From assembly GCA_947447995.1 (NCBI GenBank), contig CANFLQ010000006.1:1-59835 (forward strand): a stretch of DNA of 59,835 bases. The letters are read 5' to 3'. The number at the start of each line of letters is the position of its first letter. The first letter of the stretch is position 1. Of the stretch, positions 18,027 through 28,026 are shown one piece after another. A model generated the notes under the pieces. It was not told where the DNA came from. It was given only the letters and a program-made list of their open reading frames with translations, and did not search any database. A program made the position numbers and the translations under genes. Source of the stretch: Bacteroidota bacterium (lineage in GTDB: Bacteria; Bacteroidota; Bacteroidia; 2-12-FULL-35-15).

Positions 18027-20576
18027 TTAACGAATCTCTGCTCCTGCTTTTTCCTGATACGTTTTGATCAACTTTTCCATAATTTTCTCAATTTGCTTAT
18101 CTGTCAACGTTGCTGTATCATCTTGCAAAATAAAACTCAAAGCGTAGGATTTTTTTCCGGCAGGTAATTTATCACCTTCGTAAACATCAAACAAATTAAC
18201 GTTTTTTAACATGTTTTTTTCGGACTGATACGCCAGCTGCTCAAGCTGCTCAAACTGAATTGCTTTATCAATCAACAAAGCTAAATCGCGTTTTACTTCA
18301 GGAAACTTAGGCACTTCGGTATACGTTACAGTAGTTTGTTTTACCGCCTCAATAATTAAATCCCAATTAAAATCAGCGTAAAAAACTTCTTGTTTAATGT
18401 CCATTAATTTTAAAATAGACTTGGAAACAGCACCAAATTCTACCAATGCTTTTTTATTCCATGTAAAAGACAAACCGCTCGAAAAAATATCGCTATCTAC
18501 TTCTGTCAACTTTATATTTTTTATTCCCAATCGTTCCAAGACAGCATTTACAAAACCTTTTAACGTGTAAAAATTAACCGTTTCTTTTTTTGAACTCCAA
18601 TTTTCATCTTGTTTACTTCCGGTAAGGAATACAGATAAATGTTTTGTTTCGATATATTTATTGGTATCGCCGGCGTTTATTGCAATGTATGTTTTTCCAA
18701 ATTCATACAATTTCAAATCAGCATTTTTACGATTTTGATTGTAAGCAATCGTTTCTAATCCGCTAAATAAAAGTGTTTGACGCAATACATTCAAATCGCT
18801 GCTCAATGGATTCATCATTGTTACACTTCTATCCGCACTTAACGATTTTAGTTTGGTTGCATATTCACCCTTCGTTAACGACAAACACATCATTTCAGAA
18901 AAACCATTATTACTTAGTAATGCCGAAATAACATTTTGAACTTTTTCTTTATCAGGTTTTTCAGCATATTGAATGGATGAATTTAATGTTTCAGGAATCT
19001 CTACATTATTATAACCATAGATTCTCAACACTTCTTCAATTACATCCTGCTCGCGCTGAACGTCCACTTTAAATGGCGGAACAGAAAGCAATAAGGCATC
19101 GTGCCCTTCGTGTTCTATTTCAATATTTAATGATTTTAAAATATTTTTGATAATATCCTGATCAATTTCTTTACCAATCAAACGATCACATTTAGCAAAC
19201 GAAAACGGAACTTTAAAATTTTCTATTTTCTTTGGATAGACATCTACAATCTCTGACGAAATTTCTCCGCCGGCAATTTCTTTAATCAACACAGCTGCAC
19301 GTTTTAAGGCATAAACTGTTATGTTTGGATCTGTACCTCTTTCAAAACGAAAGGTTGCATCTGTTTTTAACGAATGGCGTTTGGATGTTTTACGAACCGA
19401 GGTTGAATTAAAATACGCACTTTCTAAAAAAATATTTTTTGTTAAAACAGTTACACCTGAATCAATTCCACCAAACACACCAGCAATACACATTCCACCT
19501 TCTGCATCACATATCATTAAATCCTCCGACGATAAATCACGTTCAACTCCATCCAATGTTTTAAATTTTGTTTTATCGGCTAATTTTTTAACGACCACTG
19601 TATTGCCTTTAATTTTATCTGCATCAAAGGCATGCATAGGCTGACCTAATTCATGCAACACGTAATTGGTAATATCTACTACATTGTTGATAGAACGTAC
19701 ACCAATAGCTTTTAGTCTGTTCTTCAACCATTCCGGAGATTCGGCAACAGTAATATTAGAGATTGTTAAACCTGAATAACGCGGACAAGCAACCGTATCT
19801 TCTATAACAACTTCAATTTTCAAATTATCCGAATCAACGGCAAATTTATCTATTGAAGGTAGAATCAATGTTTTTTTAATATTTTTTTTATCCGATGAAT
19901 TTACTTTGTTCACAGATTGTAAATCTGTGTTACTTTTTTGCACAGATTTAAAATCTGTGTTACCTTTCAAATCTGTGCTACAATTATAAACTGCAACCAA
20001 ATCGCGTGCAACCCCAACATGAGAAGCAGCATCCGCGCGATTAGGTGTTAAACCAATTTCAAATACTTCGTCATTTTCAATTTTAAAATATTCTTTTGCA
20101 GGTGTACCAATTTTTACATTGTCTTCAAGTACCATAATGCCTTCGTGTGATGTACCCAATCCAATTTCATCTTCGGCACATATCATTCCTTCCGAAAGTT
20201 GTCCGCGTATTTTTGATTTTTTAATTTCAAAAGGTTCTCCAACGGTTGGATACATTGTTGCTCCAATTGTAGCAACAATAACTGTTTGTCCCGCAGCTAC
20301 ATTACTTGCACCACAAACAATATTCAACAAAGTACCTGTTCCAACATCAACTGTGGTAACACTTAATCGGTCAGCATCCGGATGTTTCTCTTTTGTTATA
20401 ACCTTTCCAACAACCAATCCTTCTAAACCGCCTTTAATGGATTCAAAATTTTCGATGCTTTCTACTTCCAAACCGCAATCTGTTAATAATTTACCTGCAT
20501 CTTCTGCCGACAAATCAATACTTGTATTCAAATCAGAAGAAATATATTCCTTAAGCCAGTTATATGATATTTTCAT
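18027..20576 (-). CDS. pheT: Phenylalanine--tRNA ligase beta subunit
   Basis: MKISYNWL, tRNA-binding OB fold, LTPNRAD, RFERG, FDX-ACB domain (RDLA, FDVYEG, KSYAL); carries a repeat-derived insertion. Confidence 0.98.
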   Translation of the reverse strand: MKISYNWLKEYISSDLNTSIDLSAEDAGKLLTDCGLEVESIENFESIKGGLEGLVVGKVITKEKHPDADRLSVTTVDVGTGTLLNIVCGASNVAAGQTVIVATIGATMYPTVGEPFEIKKSKIRGQLSEGMICAEDEIGLGTSHEGIMVLEDNVKIGTPAKEYFKIENDEVFEIGLTPNRADAASHVGVARDLVAVYNCSTDLKGNTDFKSVQKSNTDLQSVNKVNSSDKKNIKKTLILPSIDKFAVDSDNLKIEVVIEDTVACPRYSGLTISNITVAESPEWLKNRLKAIGVRSINNVVDITNYVLHELGQPMHAFDADKIKGNTVVVKKLADKTKFKTLDGVERDLSSEDLMICDAEGGMCIAGVFGGIDSGVTVLTKNIFLESAYFNSTSVRKTSKRHSLKTDATFRFERGTDPNITVYALKRAAVLIKEIAGGEISSEIVDVYPKKIENFKVPFSFAKCDRLIGKEIDQDIIKNILKSLNIEIEHEGHDALLLSVPPFKVDVQREQDVIEEVLRIYGYNNVEIPETLNSSIQYAEKPDKEKVQNVISALLSNNGFSEMMCLSLTKGEYATKLKSLSADRSVTMMNPLSSDLNVLRQTLLFSGLETIAYNQNRKNADLKLYEFGKTYIAINAGDTNKYIETKHLSVFLTGSKQDENWSSKKETVNFYTLKGFVNAVLERLGIKNIKLTEVDSDIFSSGLSFTWNKKALVEFGAVSKSILKLMDIKQEVFYADFNWDLIIEAVKQTTVTYTEVPKFPEVKRDLALLIDKAIQFEQLEQLAYQSEKNMLKNVNLFDVYEGDKLPAGKKSYALSFILQDDTATLTDKQIEKIMEKLIKTYQEKAGAEIR
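19911..19977. repeat. Tandem palindromes CACAGATT-nnn-AATCTGTG inside pheT
   Basis: Units 19911-19929 and 19941-19959 (30-bp period) plus half unit 19969-19977. Confidence 0.85.
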
Positions 20577-20649
20577 TTTGTTTTGTTAGATAATTTTGTA
20601 AAAACGTCAGTGGTCAACAATAAATTAACTCCCCGCCAATTTAAGATAG

Positions 20650-20657
20650 CAAAAATA
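20650..20657 (-). promoter_or_regulatory. -7 promoter element for pheT
   Basis: TATTTTTG on minus strand. Confidence 0.45.
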
Positions 20658-20736
20658 AGAAAATTATCGCAAGGAAAACAATCAAATTTACAGTTTCAGA
20701 CAGGTCATTTTATAGCCTAAAACAATAATAAATACT

Positions 20737-20744
20737 TACTTTCG
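20737..20744 (+). promoter_or_regulatory. -7 promoter element for the MutS-like gene
   Basis: TACTTTCG(CA). Confidence 0.5.
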
Positions 20745-20794
20745 CAGGTATTAAGTTTACGATTGATTCTACCCAAAAATAATTGAATTGAATA

Positions 20795-22588
20795 ATGAAT
20801 AATTTACTTGAGTTTTACACCAACAAAATTGCTGATTTCAACAAACAAATTGAAGTTCAAAAAGGCAAAACCAATCTTATATTTTACAGCAGATTGTTTC
20901 TCTTCATTGCTGCTCTAGGGTTGTTTTTTTACTTTGTTGGCAATCATACAAGTATTGCAGTAACTACTGCTGCAATTACAATTGTAGCATTTCTGATATT
21001 ATTACGTTTAGAAATTACCTTCTCCAGAAAAATAACTTTTTTACAAAATTTAATAAAAGTAAATGAGGTTGAAATTGATTTATTAAAGGGCAATTATGAA
21101 AAACTAAACGAAGGAAAAGAGTTTATTGATAAACACCATAATTTTATTGCTGATCTGGATATTTTTGGCAGACGATCTATTTTTCAACTCCTGAACAGAA
21201 CATCTACTTATTCGGGGCGCACAAAACTTGCCAGATGGCTTACTGCCCCTTTCCTTGATAATAACGAAATTGTAAAACGACAAGAAGCGATAAAAAATCT
21301 TTCGGACAAACCGGAATGGTGCCAACACTTTATCGCATTGGGAATTACAAATAAAGAAGAAGCTGCTGATAAAGATGTGATACAGGATTGGTTAAACGAA
21401 CCAAATTATTTTTCTTCCACCATTTTAAAAATTGTTTCAGTTTTATTACCTGCACTTACTATTATTGCATTAGCACTATATTCATTTGGAATTACAGGTT
21501 CCTCAGCTTTCGCTATTTTGTTTTTTAGTCAATTGTTAATTGTTGGCACTCACACCAAAAAAATCAATCAGATACACAACCAATTGAGCAGAAAGTTTGA
21601 TTCTATTGAAAAATATCGCTCACTCATTTCATTAATTGAATCAGAACAATTAAATGCAACAATTTTAAACAACTTAAAAAATAATTTCAAAAACAGTAAA
21701 GAAGGCGCCAGCAACGATATTCAGAAATTAAAAAAACACGTAGATACCTTGGATGCAAGAATGAACATTGTTGTTGCCTTGTTATTGAACGGTATTTTAT
21801 TGTGGGACATTAACGTAATGCGCAACATCGAAAAATGGAGAACTGAACATAAATCCAATTTCTTAAAATGGATAGATGTAATTGGCGAATTTGATGCATT
21901 CATCAGCATTGCATTGTATGCTTACAACAATTCCAAGTACACTTATCCAGAAGTGTACAGCGACTCATTTATCATGCAAGCAGAAAATATAGGTCATCCC
22001 CTGATCAATAAAAACATACTTATAAAAAATGATTATCACATTGAAGGCTTACCAAAAATTGACCTGTTAACCGGCGCCAACATGGCTGGCAAAAGCACTT
22101 TTTTGAGAACCATTGGAGTGAACCTTACACTTGCAATGATTGGCGCTCCGGTATGCGCTTCAAAATTCAAATTTACTCCTATTTTATTATTTACAAGTTT
22201 GCGTACCAACGATTCGTTGCAGGAAAATGAATCCTTTTTTTATGCAGAGCTTAAACGTTTACAATTATTAATTCAACATTATAAAAACAAAGAACAGGTG
22301 TTTTTTTTATTGGATGAAATTTTAAAAGGCACAAATTCCAAAGACCAGCACGCAGGTTCGGAAGCCTTAATAGAAAAAATAATTAAACTTAACGGTTGTG
22401 GAATTGTTGCAACTCACGATGTGGAATTATCGAAACTTAATTTAACACATCCCAATACTATTCGTAATTTATGTTTTGAAATAATGATCAATAATGATAA
22501 ATTAAATTTTGATTACAAAATCAAAGAAGGAGTTTGCTCTACGATGAATGCCTCGTATTTAATGAAAAAAATGGAGATCACGGATTAA
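20795..22588 (+). CDS. Membrane-anchored MutS-related ATPase (domain III/V only)
   Basis: TM helices; TGANMAGKSTFLR Walker A, SFFYAEL, LLDEILKGTNS, ATHD; no mismatch-recognition domain. Confidence 0.9.
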   Translation: MNNLLEFYTNKIADFNKQIEVQKGKTNLIFYSRLFLFIAALGLFFYFVGNHTSIAVTTAAITIVAFLILLRLEITFSRKITFLQNLIKVNEVEIDLLKGNYEKLNEGKEFIDKHHNFIADLDIFGRRSIFQLLNRTSTYSGRTKLARWLTAPFLDNNEIVKRQEAIKNLSDKPEWCQHFIALGITNKEEAADKDVIQDWLNEPNYFSSTILKIVSVLLPALTIIALALYSFGITGSSAFAILFFSQLLIVGTHTKKINQIHNQLSRKFDSIEKYRSLISLIESEQLNATILNNLKNNFKNSKEGASNDIQKLKKHVDTLDARMNIVVALLLNGILLWDINVMRNIEKWRTEHKSNFLKWIDVIGEFDAFISIALYAYNNSKYTYPEVYSDSFIMQAENIGHPLINKNILIKNDYHIEGLPKIDLLTGANMAGKSTFLRTIGVNLTLAMIGAPVCASKFKFTPILLFTSLRTNDSLQENESFFYAELKRLQLLIQHYKNKEQVFFLLDEILKGTNSKDQHAGSEALIEKIIKLNGCGIVATHDVELSKLNLTHPNTIRNLCFEIMINNDKLNFDYKIKEGVCSTMNASYLMKKMEITD

Positions 22589-22744
22589 TGGAACGCAGAT
22601 AATTTAATAGAACACAGATTGGACGAATTAGGCGAATTCAAATGGATTTTTATTTTTTTGTAGCGTAATAATTTTGTTATTTCTAACCCTTCTTAATTTT
22701 TTATCTGTGCTAATCAGTCTAATTCGTCTAATCCGTGTTCCATT
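22587..22744. repeat. Inverted-repeat element (GAACACAGATT family) between convergent genes
   Basis: Arms 22606-22638 and 22712-22744 match 27/33; extra partial arm aatggaacgcagat at 22587-22600; related to 17720-18012. Confidence 0.8.
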
Positions 22745-22746
22745 TT

Positions 22747-24858
22747 TTATGAAATCCTGCTCCAATTAGTTTTATTGCTATTCATAGTGGCAAAATGATA
22801 GGCAATATTACTGTTTTCCGATTGTTCCAGATTAGGGTCTTCTGATAAAATTTCTATCACCATATTTCTTGCAGCGTGTAAAATTTGTCCGTCTTTCGCC
22901 AGGTCGGCAATGTTTAAATCAAGCACCCCACTTTGTATAGTACCTGCCATATCGCCCGGACCGCGTAATTTCATGTCTACGTCTGCAATTTCAAAACCAT
23001 CGTTGGTGCGCACCATTGTTTCCATGCGTAGTTTACCATCAGTACCCAATTTATGAGAGGTCATTAAAATACAATAAGATTGGTCTGCTCCTCGCCCAAC
23101 GCGCCCGCGCAACTGATGCAATTGTGACAAACCAAAACGCTCTGCACTTTCTATCACCATCACACTTGCATTGGGCACATTTACACCTACTTCAATAACA
23201 GTTGTTGCAACCATTATTTGTGTTTCACCTTTTACAAAACGTTGCATTTCATACTCCTTTGCATCCGCTTTCATTTGTCCATGCACAATGCTTACCTGAT
23301 AATCCGGCAAAGGAAAAACGCGGGTAATGCTTTCATAGCCATCTATTAAATCTTTATAATCCATTTTCTCGGATTCTTTGATTAATGGATACACTACATA
23401 TATTTGTCGACCTAACTCAATTTGTTCTTTCATAAAACCAAATACTCTGTCTCTGCTGCTATCATACCTATGAACAGTTTGTATTGGTTTACGTCCGGGA
23501 GGTAATTCATCAATTACACTCACATCCAAATCGCCGTACAAGGTCATTGCCAATGTGCGCGGAATAGGTGTTGCAGACATAATAAGCATGTGAGGAGCTT
23601 GTGTATTTTTATTCCACATTTTTGCACGTTGAGCAACACCAAAACGATGTTGCTCATCTATTACTACCAAGCCAATATTTTTAAACTGTACCACATCTTC
23701 CAGCAAAGCATGTGTACCAATCAAAATTTGCATCTCACCACTTTGCAATTGCTCGTGAATGATTCTACGTTGTTTTACTTTTTTTGAACCGGTGAGCAAA
23801 CCAACATTTATATTGAGAGGTTTTAACTGTTCTGAAATAGTTTCGTAATGCTGATTTGCCAATATTTCGGTAGGTGCCATCAAACATGCCTGAAATCCAT
23901 TATCCAAAGCAATAAGCATATTCATCAAGGCTACCATTGTTTTTCCACTCCCTACATCGCCTTGTAACAAACGGTTCATTTGTTTGCCCGAACACATATC
24001 CAAACGAATTTCCTTAATCACCCGTTTTTGTGCATTGGTCAATTCAAACATCAAATGATTGTTGTAAAAATCATTGAAATACCCACCAACTTTGGAAAAC
24101 ACAAAACCTTTATATGTTTTTTCTCTGATTCCTTTTTGCTTTAATAATTTTAACTGAATAAAAAACAACTCCTCAAACTTTAACCTAAACTCTGCCTTTT
24201 TAAGCATTTCAGGATTTTGAGGAAAATGAATTTGTTTGAAAGCTTCTTCACGGGAAATCAGGTGAAAGCGTTCTTTCACAGTATTGGAAAGTATTTCCGG
24301 GATATTATTTTTGATAAGCGCGGTCAGTGCTTTTTGCATACGAGCAATGCCCTTGGTATCAATACTTCTTACTTTTAACTTTTCGGTAGTATTGTAAACA
24401 GCCTGTAAAGCGCTTGCAAAGGTTGTGTTTTCATCACTTACCAATTCTATTTCGGGATGTGAAATATTAAATTTCCCGTTAAAATAAGTGGGCTTACCAA
24501 ATACAATGTATTCATTGGTAAAATGAGGTTTTATTTTTTCAGAAATCCATTTTGCTCCTTGAAACCAAACTAATTCTAACTTCCCCGATTCATCAGCAAA
24601 TGTGGCAACAAATCGCTGTGTGCGCTTAACGCCAACCATTTCTGTATTCACAATTTTACCACGCAATTGAACATAAGGCAAATCGGCATTTATTTCCTTT
24701 ACCTTATAAAATTTAGTACGATCAACGTATCTAAAAGGATAATAGGTAAGCAAATCGGTATACTTAAAAATACGCAATTCTTTCTTGAGCAGTTCAGCCT
24801 TTTGCGGACCAACGCTTTTAAGGTATTCGATAGGAGTATTTAAAAAATTACTTGACAT
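22747..24858 (-). CDS. recG: ATP-dependent DNA helicase RecG
   Basis: LLQGDVGSGKT, DEQHRFG, SATPIPRT, QLHQLRGRVGRG. Confidence 0.98.
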   Translation of the reverse strand: MSSNFLNTPIEYLKSVGPQKAELLKKELRIFKYTDLLTYYPFRYVDRTKFYKVKEINADLPYVQLRGKIVNTEMVGVKRTQRFVATFADESGKLELVWFQGAKWISEKIKPHFTNEYIVFGKPTYFNGKFNISHPEIELVSDENTTFASALQAVYNTTEKLKVRSIDTKGIARMQKALTALIKNNIPEILSNTVKERFHLISREEAFKQIHFPQNPEMLKKAEFRLKFEELFFIQLKLLKQKGIREKTYKGFVFSKVGGYFNDFYNNHLMFELTNAQKRVIKEIRLDMCSGKQMNRLLQGDVGSGKTMVALMNMLIALDNGFQACLMAPTEILANQHYETISEQLKPLNINVGLLTGSKKVKQRRIIHEQLQSGEMQILIGTHALLEDVVQFKNIGLVVIDEQHRFGVAQRAKMWNKNTQAPHMLIMSATPIPRTLAMTLYGDLDVSVIDELPPGRKPIQTVHRYDSSRDRVFGFMKEQIELGRQIYVVYPLIKESEKMDYKDLIDGYESITRVFPLPDYQVSIVHGQMKADAKEYEMQRFVKGETQIMVATTVIEVGVNVPNASVMVIESAERFGLSQLHQLRGRVGRGADQSYCILMTSHKLGTDGKLRMETMVRTNDGFEIADVDMKLRGPGDMAGTIQSGVLDLNIADLAKDGQILHAARNMVIEILSEDPNLEQSENSNIAYHFATMNSNKTNWSRIS

Positions 24859-24884
24859 AATGCGTCTGCGAATTTAACACAAAA

Positions 24885-24912
24885 AAACGTCCCGCAAAAT
24901 TACGGGACGTTT
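24885..24912 (-). terminator. Intrinsic terminator after the M4 peptidase, abutting the recG promoter
   Basis: aaacgtcccg-caaaatta-cgggacgttt with A7 tract (U-tract on minus strand). Confidence 0.75.
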
Positions 24913-24945
24913 AGAAGTTATTGCCGAATACCGTTTGTTTCAATA

Positions 24946-27495
24946 TTATTTATCAATTATTATTTTTTTACTGAAGAATTCATTTTCTGAATTAATTTGA
25001 ATAAAATAAATACCTGTTGATTGTTTAGTCAAATCAATATTCAACTGAGCTGAAGAATTGTTTTTTTGATTATAAATAACTTCACCCAACGTATTATAAA
25101 TTACAATGCTAAAAGCTGTATTGATAGATGATTTCAAAGTAAAATTCCCGTTGTTAGGATTTGGATAAATACCAAATGAAGACATTGAAAGATTTTCATT
25201 TATTCCTGTAATTAACGAATAATAAGATGCTTTCCAACCACTTTTATTAATGGTTTTATTGGACTTAAATTGCACATACAATATATTAGATCTAGAAGTA
25301 ACTGTTGGTGGTAAATTACCGCCCGACCATTTCAACAATAAAGGAGCAAATGAATTTTCTCCATCGTAAACAAGAACCGTATCATTATTTAATTCCGTAT
25401 CAAAGCTGAGGAAATCCAATACAATTTGAGTAGCATCGATTGGATTTATTACCCATTCGCAGTTCGAATTGTTGCTGTAATTATCACTTCCACTTCCATC
25501 TGTAAATGTATCACTGTTTGCAGAAAGATGAGTTGCTTTTTGGCAATAATAATGGGTATTTGCATCAATACCTACGGCATACCAAGCATTGCTTACAGCA
25601 GTATATTCTGTAGATGGATTTCCGTAAAGATCTTCTGCGGATTGTAATGAACCTACATACGCATCGTGATAAGTTGCCGCGGGTGTTAAATAAGTAGTAA
25701 GGTTTCTGTATGCAATTTGCATGGCCTTATCAATCCCAATGCCTGTTACAGAATAAGAGTTTCCTAAGTCATTTGTTCCGCTTCCACCTTGAGAAAGCAA
25801 ATAAAACCAAAAATTTTGAACCCCGCTATTGGTATGTACCCCACCTTCATCACCACTACTTTGGGTGGTATCTGCCCAATAGTCACCATAATAAGTATCC
25901 GGTTGCTGCCCAAGAAAATCAGCACTATTAGGATCTGACATGGAACGTATATAATAAGGAGAAATTAAAACAATGTTTTCTCCTATCGTCCAATTTGCGC
26001 TATTGCCTAACGCATCAAACTCAATGCAAGTACCAAAAATATCGGCAAACGATTCATTTAACGCTCCTGATTCACCTTGGTAATTTAAACCTCCGTTACC
26101 ATTATTATCTATCACCATGTGCGAAAACTCATGACCAACTACATCAAGACCAACAAAAGGGTTAAACACACTGTCGTCACCCATTCCATAAACCATTACG
26201 CTATAAGGAGGCGGCATAGCAAAAGCATTGTTCTGATCTCCCTCAACTGCCATCGTTCCATTTACATAATTTTTTATTACGCTTCCTAAACCATCATAAC
26301 TTTTTCGCCCAAATACATTCAAATAAAAATCATGTACTTTTTCTATTCCCCAATGAACGTCTAACGCAGGATTGTTTGATGTTTGAACAGTATAGTTTCC
26401 GTTGTTGCCATTACCTGCCCATGTTTTAGTTCCAATAGTTGTTGATATAGGATAACTACCTCCAAAATCATCACCATTAACCGCATCGTAATCCCATAGT
26501 TCAACTGTGTATGGCGGATGCGTCAAAAATATTTTAGGTTGAAAAGTTACAGGTGGAGGTGTATTTTCAATATAAATTGCATCATAAACTATTTGACCAG
26601 AACTGTCCTTTACAATAATATAAAAGTCAGGGGTTGCATCAACAACAACAGTATGCCACCACCCTTGAGCAACGGCAGAAATGGTAAATGATGCTAAATA
26701 AGGAGCACTTGTCCAATTATTATCTGCATCTATGATATCAGGACAATTAATAAAAACACTATTAATCGAATCTATATCTGCATTTGTGCCATCAAACGTT
26801 TGAATGTTTCTTCCGCTTTCCCGTAATCTGTATGTGCCTAAATCACTGTCTGTAATAATTGATTGAGTTCCACTATATAAAGTGTTTGCTGTACCACTTA
26901 TATCGGAATGGCTAATCAAATTAATCTTATTTATCACTTCACCCGTTAGCGCATCAATATATACATTACACATTACCAAAGGATTTAAAGCATCTATGCG
27001 AATTTTATATGATAATTTATATTCCGTAACATTTTCCTTTTTTTTCTGAACAATAACCAACTTTATCGGATATTGTTTCAAAAGTTCATGCTTTACATTC
27101 ATAAATTGTTTGGCGAGTATCAATGAATTTTCAGAAGAAATTTTGGGTATCGTTGGTATTTCCGAAAATTCGGCAGGTCTTCCATTCATTGAAACTACCT
27201 CGTTATTTTTAAGATGTACAAGAATATTACAATCCTCAATAGAAATATTTTTAAATTTCTGTTGATAATTCAAATGCGTAAAGCCCAAATTATCCCTTTT
27301 TTCGGATATTAAATTGACTGAATGCCCCACTTTCAGATTTAAAAATTCAACTAATTTTATTTCCACGTTTTGTCGGGAAATATTTTCTTGCTTACAATTA
27401 CGGTAAAATGCACCATTTGCATTTTGCCCAAAACTATCAACAACAAAACAACTTGTTACTAATAGTATAAATACTTTAAAATGATTTTTTTGCAT
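24946..27495 (-). CDS. M4 (thermolysin-family) metallopeptidase with FTP/PepSY propeptide, C2-like insertion, CUB domain and T9SS type A CTD
   Basis: NNAF, VGHEFSH, GALNESFADIF, GGVHTNSG; CUB (YSNNSNCEWVI..FDTE..VYDG); IYPNPNNG...GIYFIQI...KKIII. Confidence 0.93.
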   Translation of the reverse strand: MQKNHFKVFILLVTSCFVVDSFGQNANGAFYRNCKQENISRQNVEIKLVEFLNLKVGHSVNLISEKRDNLGFTHLNYQQKFKNISIEDCNILVHLKNNEVVSMNGRPAEFSEIPTIPKISSENSLILAKQFMNVKHELLKQYPIKLVIVQKKKENVTEYKLSYKIRIDALNPLVMCNVYIDALTGEVINKINLISHSDISGTANTLYSGTQSIITDSDLGTYRLRESGRNIQTFDGTNADIDSINSVFINCPDIIDADNNWTSAPYLASFTISAVAQGWWHTVVVDATPDFYIIVKDSSGQIVYDAIYIENTPPPVTFQPKIFLTHPPYTVELWDYDAVNGDDFGGSYPISTTIGTKTWAGNGNNGNYTVQTSNNPALDVHWGIEKVHDFYLNVFGRKSYDGLGSVIKNYVNGTMAVEGDQNNAFAMPPPYSVMVYGMGDDSVFNPFVGLDVVGHEFSHMVIDNNGNGGLNYQGESGALNESFADIFGTCIEFDALGNSANWTIGENIVLISPYYIRSMSDPNSADFLGQQPDTYYGDYWADTTQSSGDEGGVHTNSGVQNFWFYLLSQGGSGTNDLGNSYSVTGIGIDKAMQIAYRNLTTYLTPAATYHDAYVGSLQSAEDLYGNPSTEYTAVSNAWYAVGIDANTHYYCQKATHLSANSDTFTDGSGSDNYSNNSNCEWVINPIDATQIVLDFLSFDTELNNDTVLVYDGENSFAPLLLKWSGGNLPPTVTSRSNILYVQFKSNKTINKSGWKASYYSLITGINENLSMSSFGIYPNPNNGNFTLKSSINTAFSIVIYNTLGEVIYNQKNNSSAQLNIDLTKQSTGIYFIQINSENEFFSKKIIIDK

Positions 27496-27513
27496 TGAAA
27501 TTTTAATTAGGAA

Positions 27514-27909
27514 TTATTTAGTAAGTGCTATTAATTCATTATACAGTATCGTTGCCCGAGTATCAACTTTTGTTGAACCAAAGCCCCATACAATTTTTTG
27601 TTTGTTTTCTTTCGTTCTAATTTCTATAAATGAATATACATTTTCCGGCTCATTAAACTGATATGATTTTAACTGTTCTGCCTTTTCAAAAAGTTGTTTC
27701 ACCGTTTTTTTATCCACTTTTTTTATAAAACTAATTTGGTTTTTATCCACTTTATTTAGGTCGCCTTTCGCTGAAAGTGAATACATTTTTACCATGCCTG
27801 TAAATCCTCCCCCGTTTCCGAATGAAATAACTTCAATAGTGGTATGAATAGTTTTACTTGAAATGCAAGAACCGAATAAAAAAAACAATGTGAAAATTAA
27901 AAATCTCAT
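27514..27909 (-). CDS. Small lipoprotein, candidate emfourin-like M4 inhibitor
   Basis: Lipobox FGSC; ISFGNGGGFTG motif; 18 nt upstream of and co-oriented with the M4 peptidase. Confidence 0.6.
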   Translation of the reverse strand: MRFLIFTLFFLFGSCISSKTIHTTIEVISFGNGGGFTGMVKMYSLSAKGDLNKVDKNQISFIKKVDKKTVKQLFEKAEQLKSYQFNEPENVYSFIEIRTKENKQKIVWGFGSTKVDTRATILYNELIALTK

Positions 27910-27960
27910 TTAATTACCTCCTTTAAATAAAAGTACAAATTAATAATTTGTTTGCGAATG

Positions 27961-28015
27961 TAACATAAAAAAACGTCCTCTCACGTAAATACGAAAGAGG
28001 ACGTTTTTTATGTTA
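27961..28015 (-). terminator. Intrinsic terminator
   Basis: taacataaaaaaacgtcctct...agaggacgttttttatgtta long inverted repeat. Confidence 0.8.
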
Positions 28016-28026
28016 ACTTATTATTT

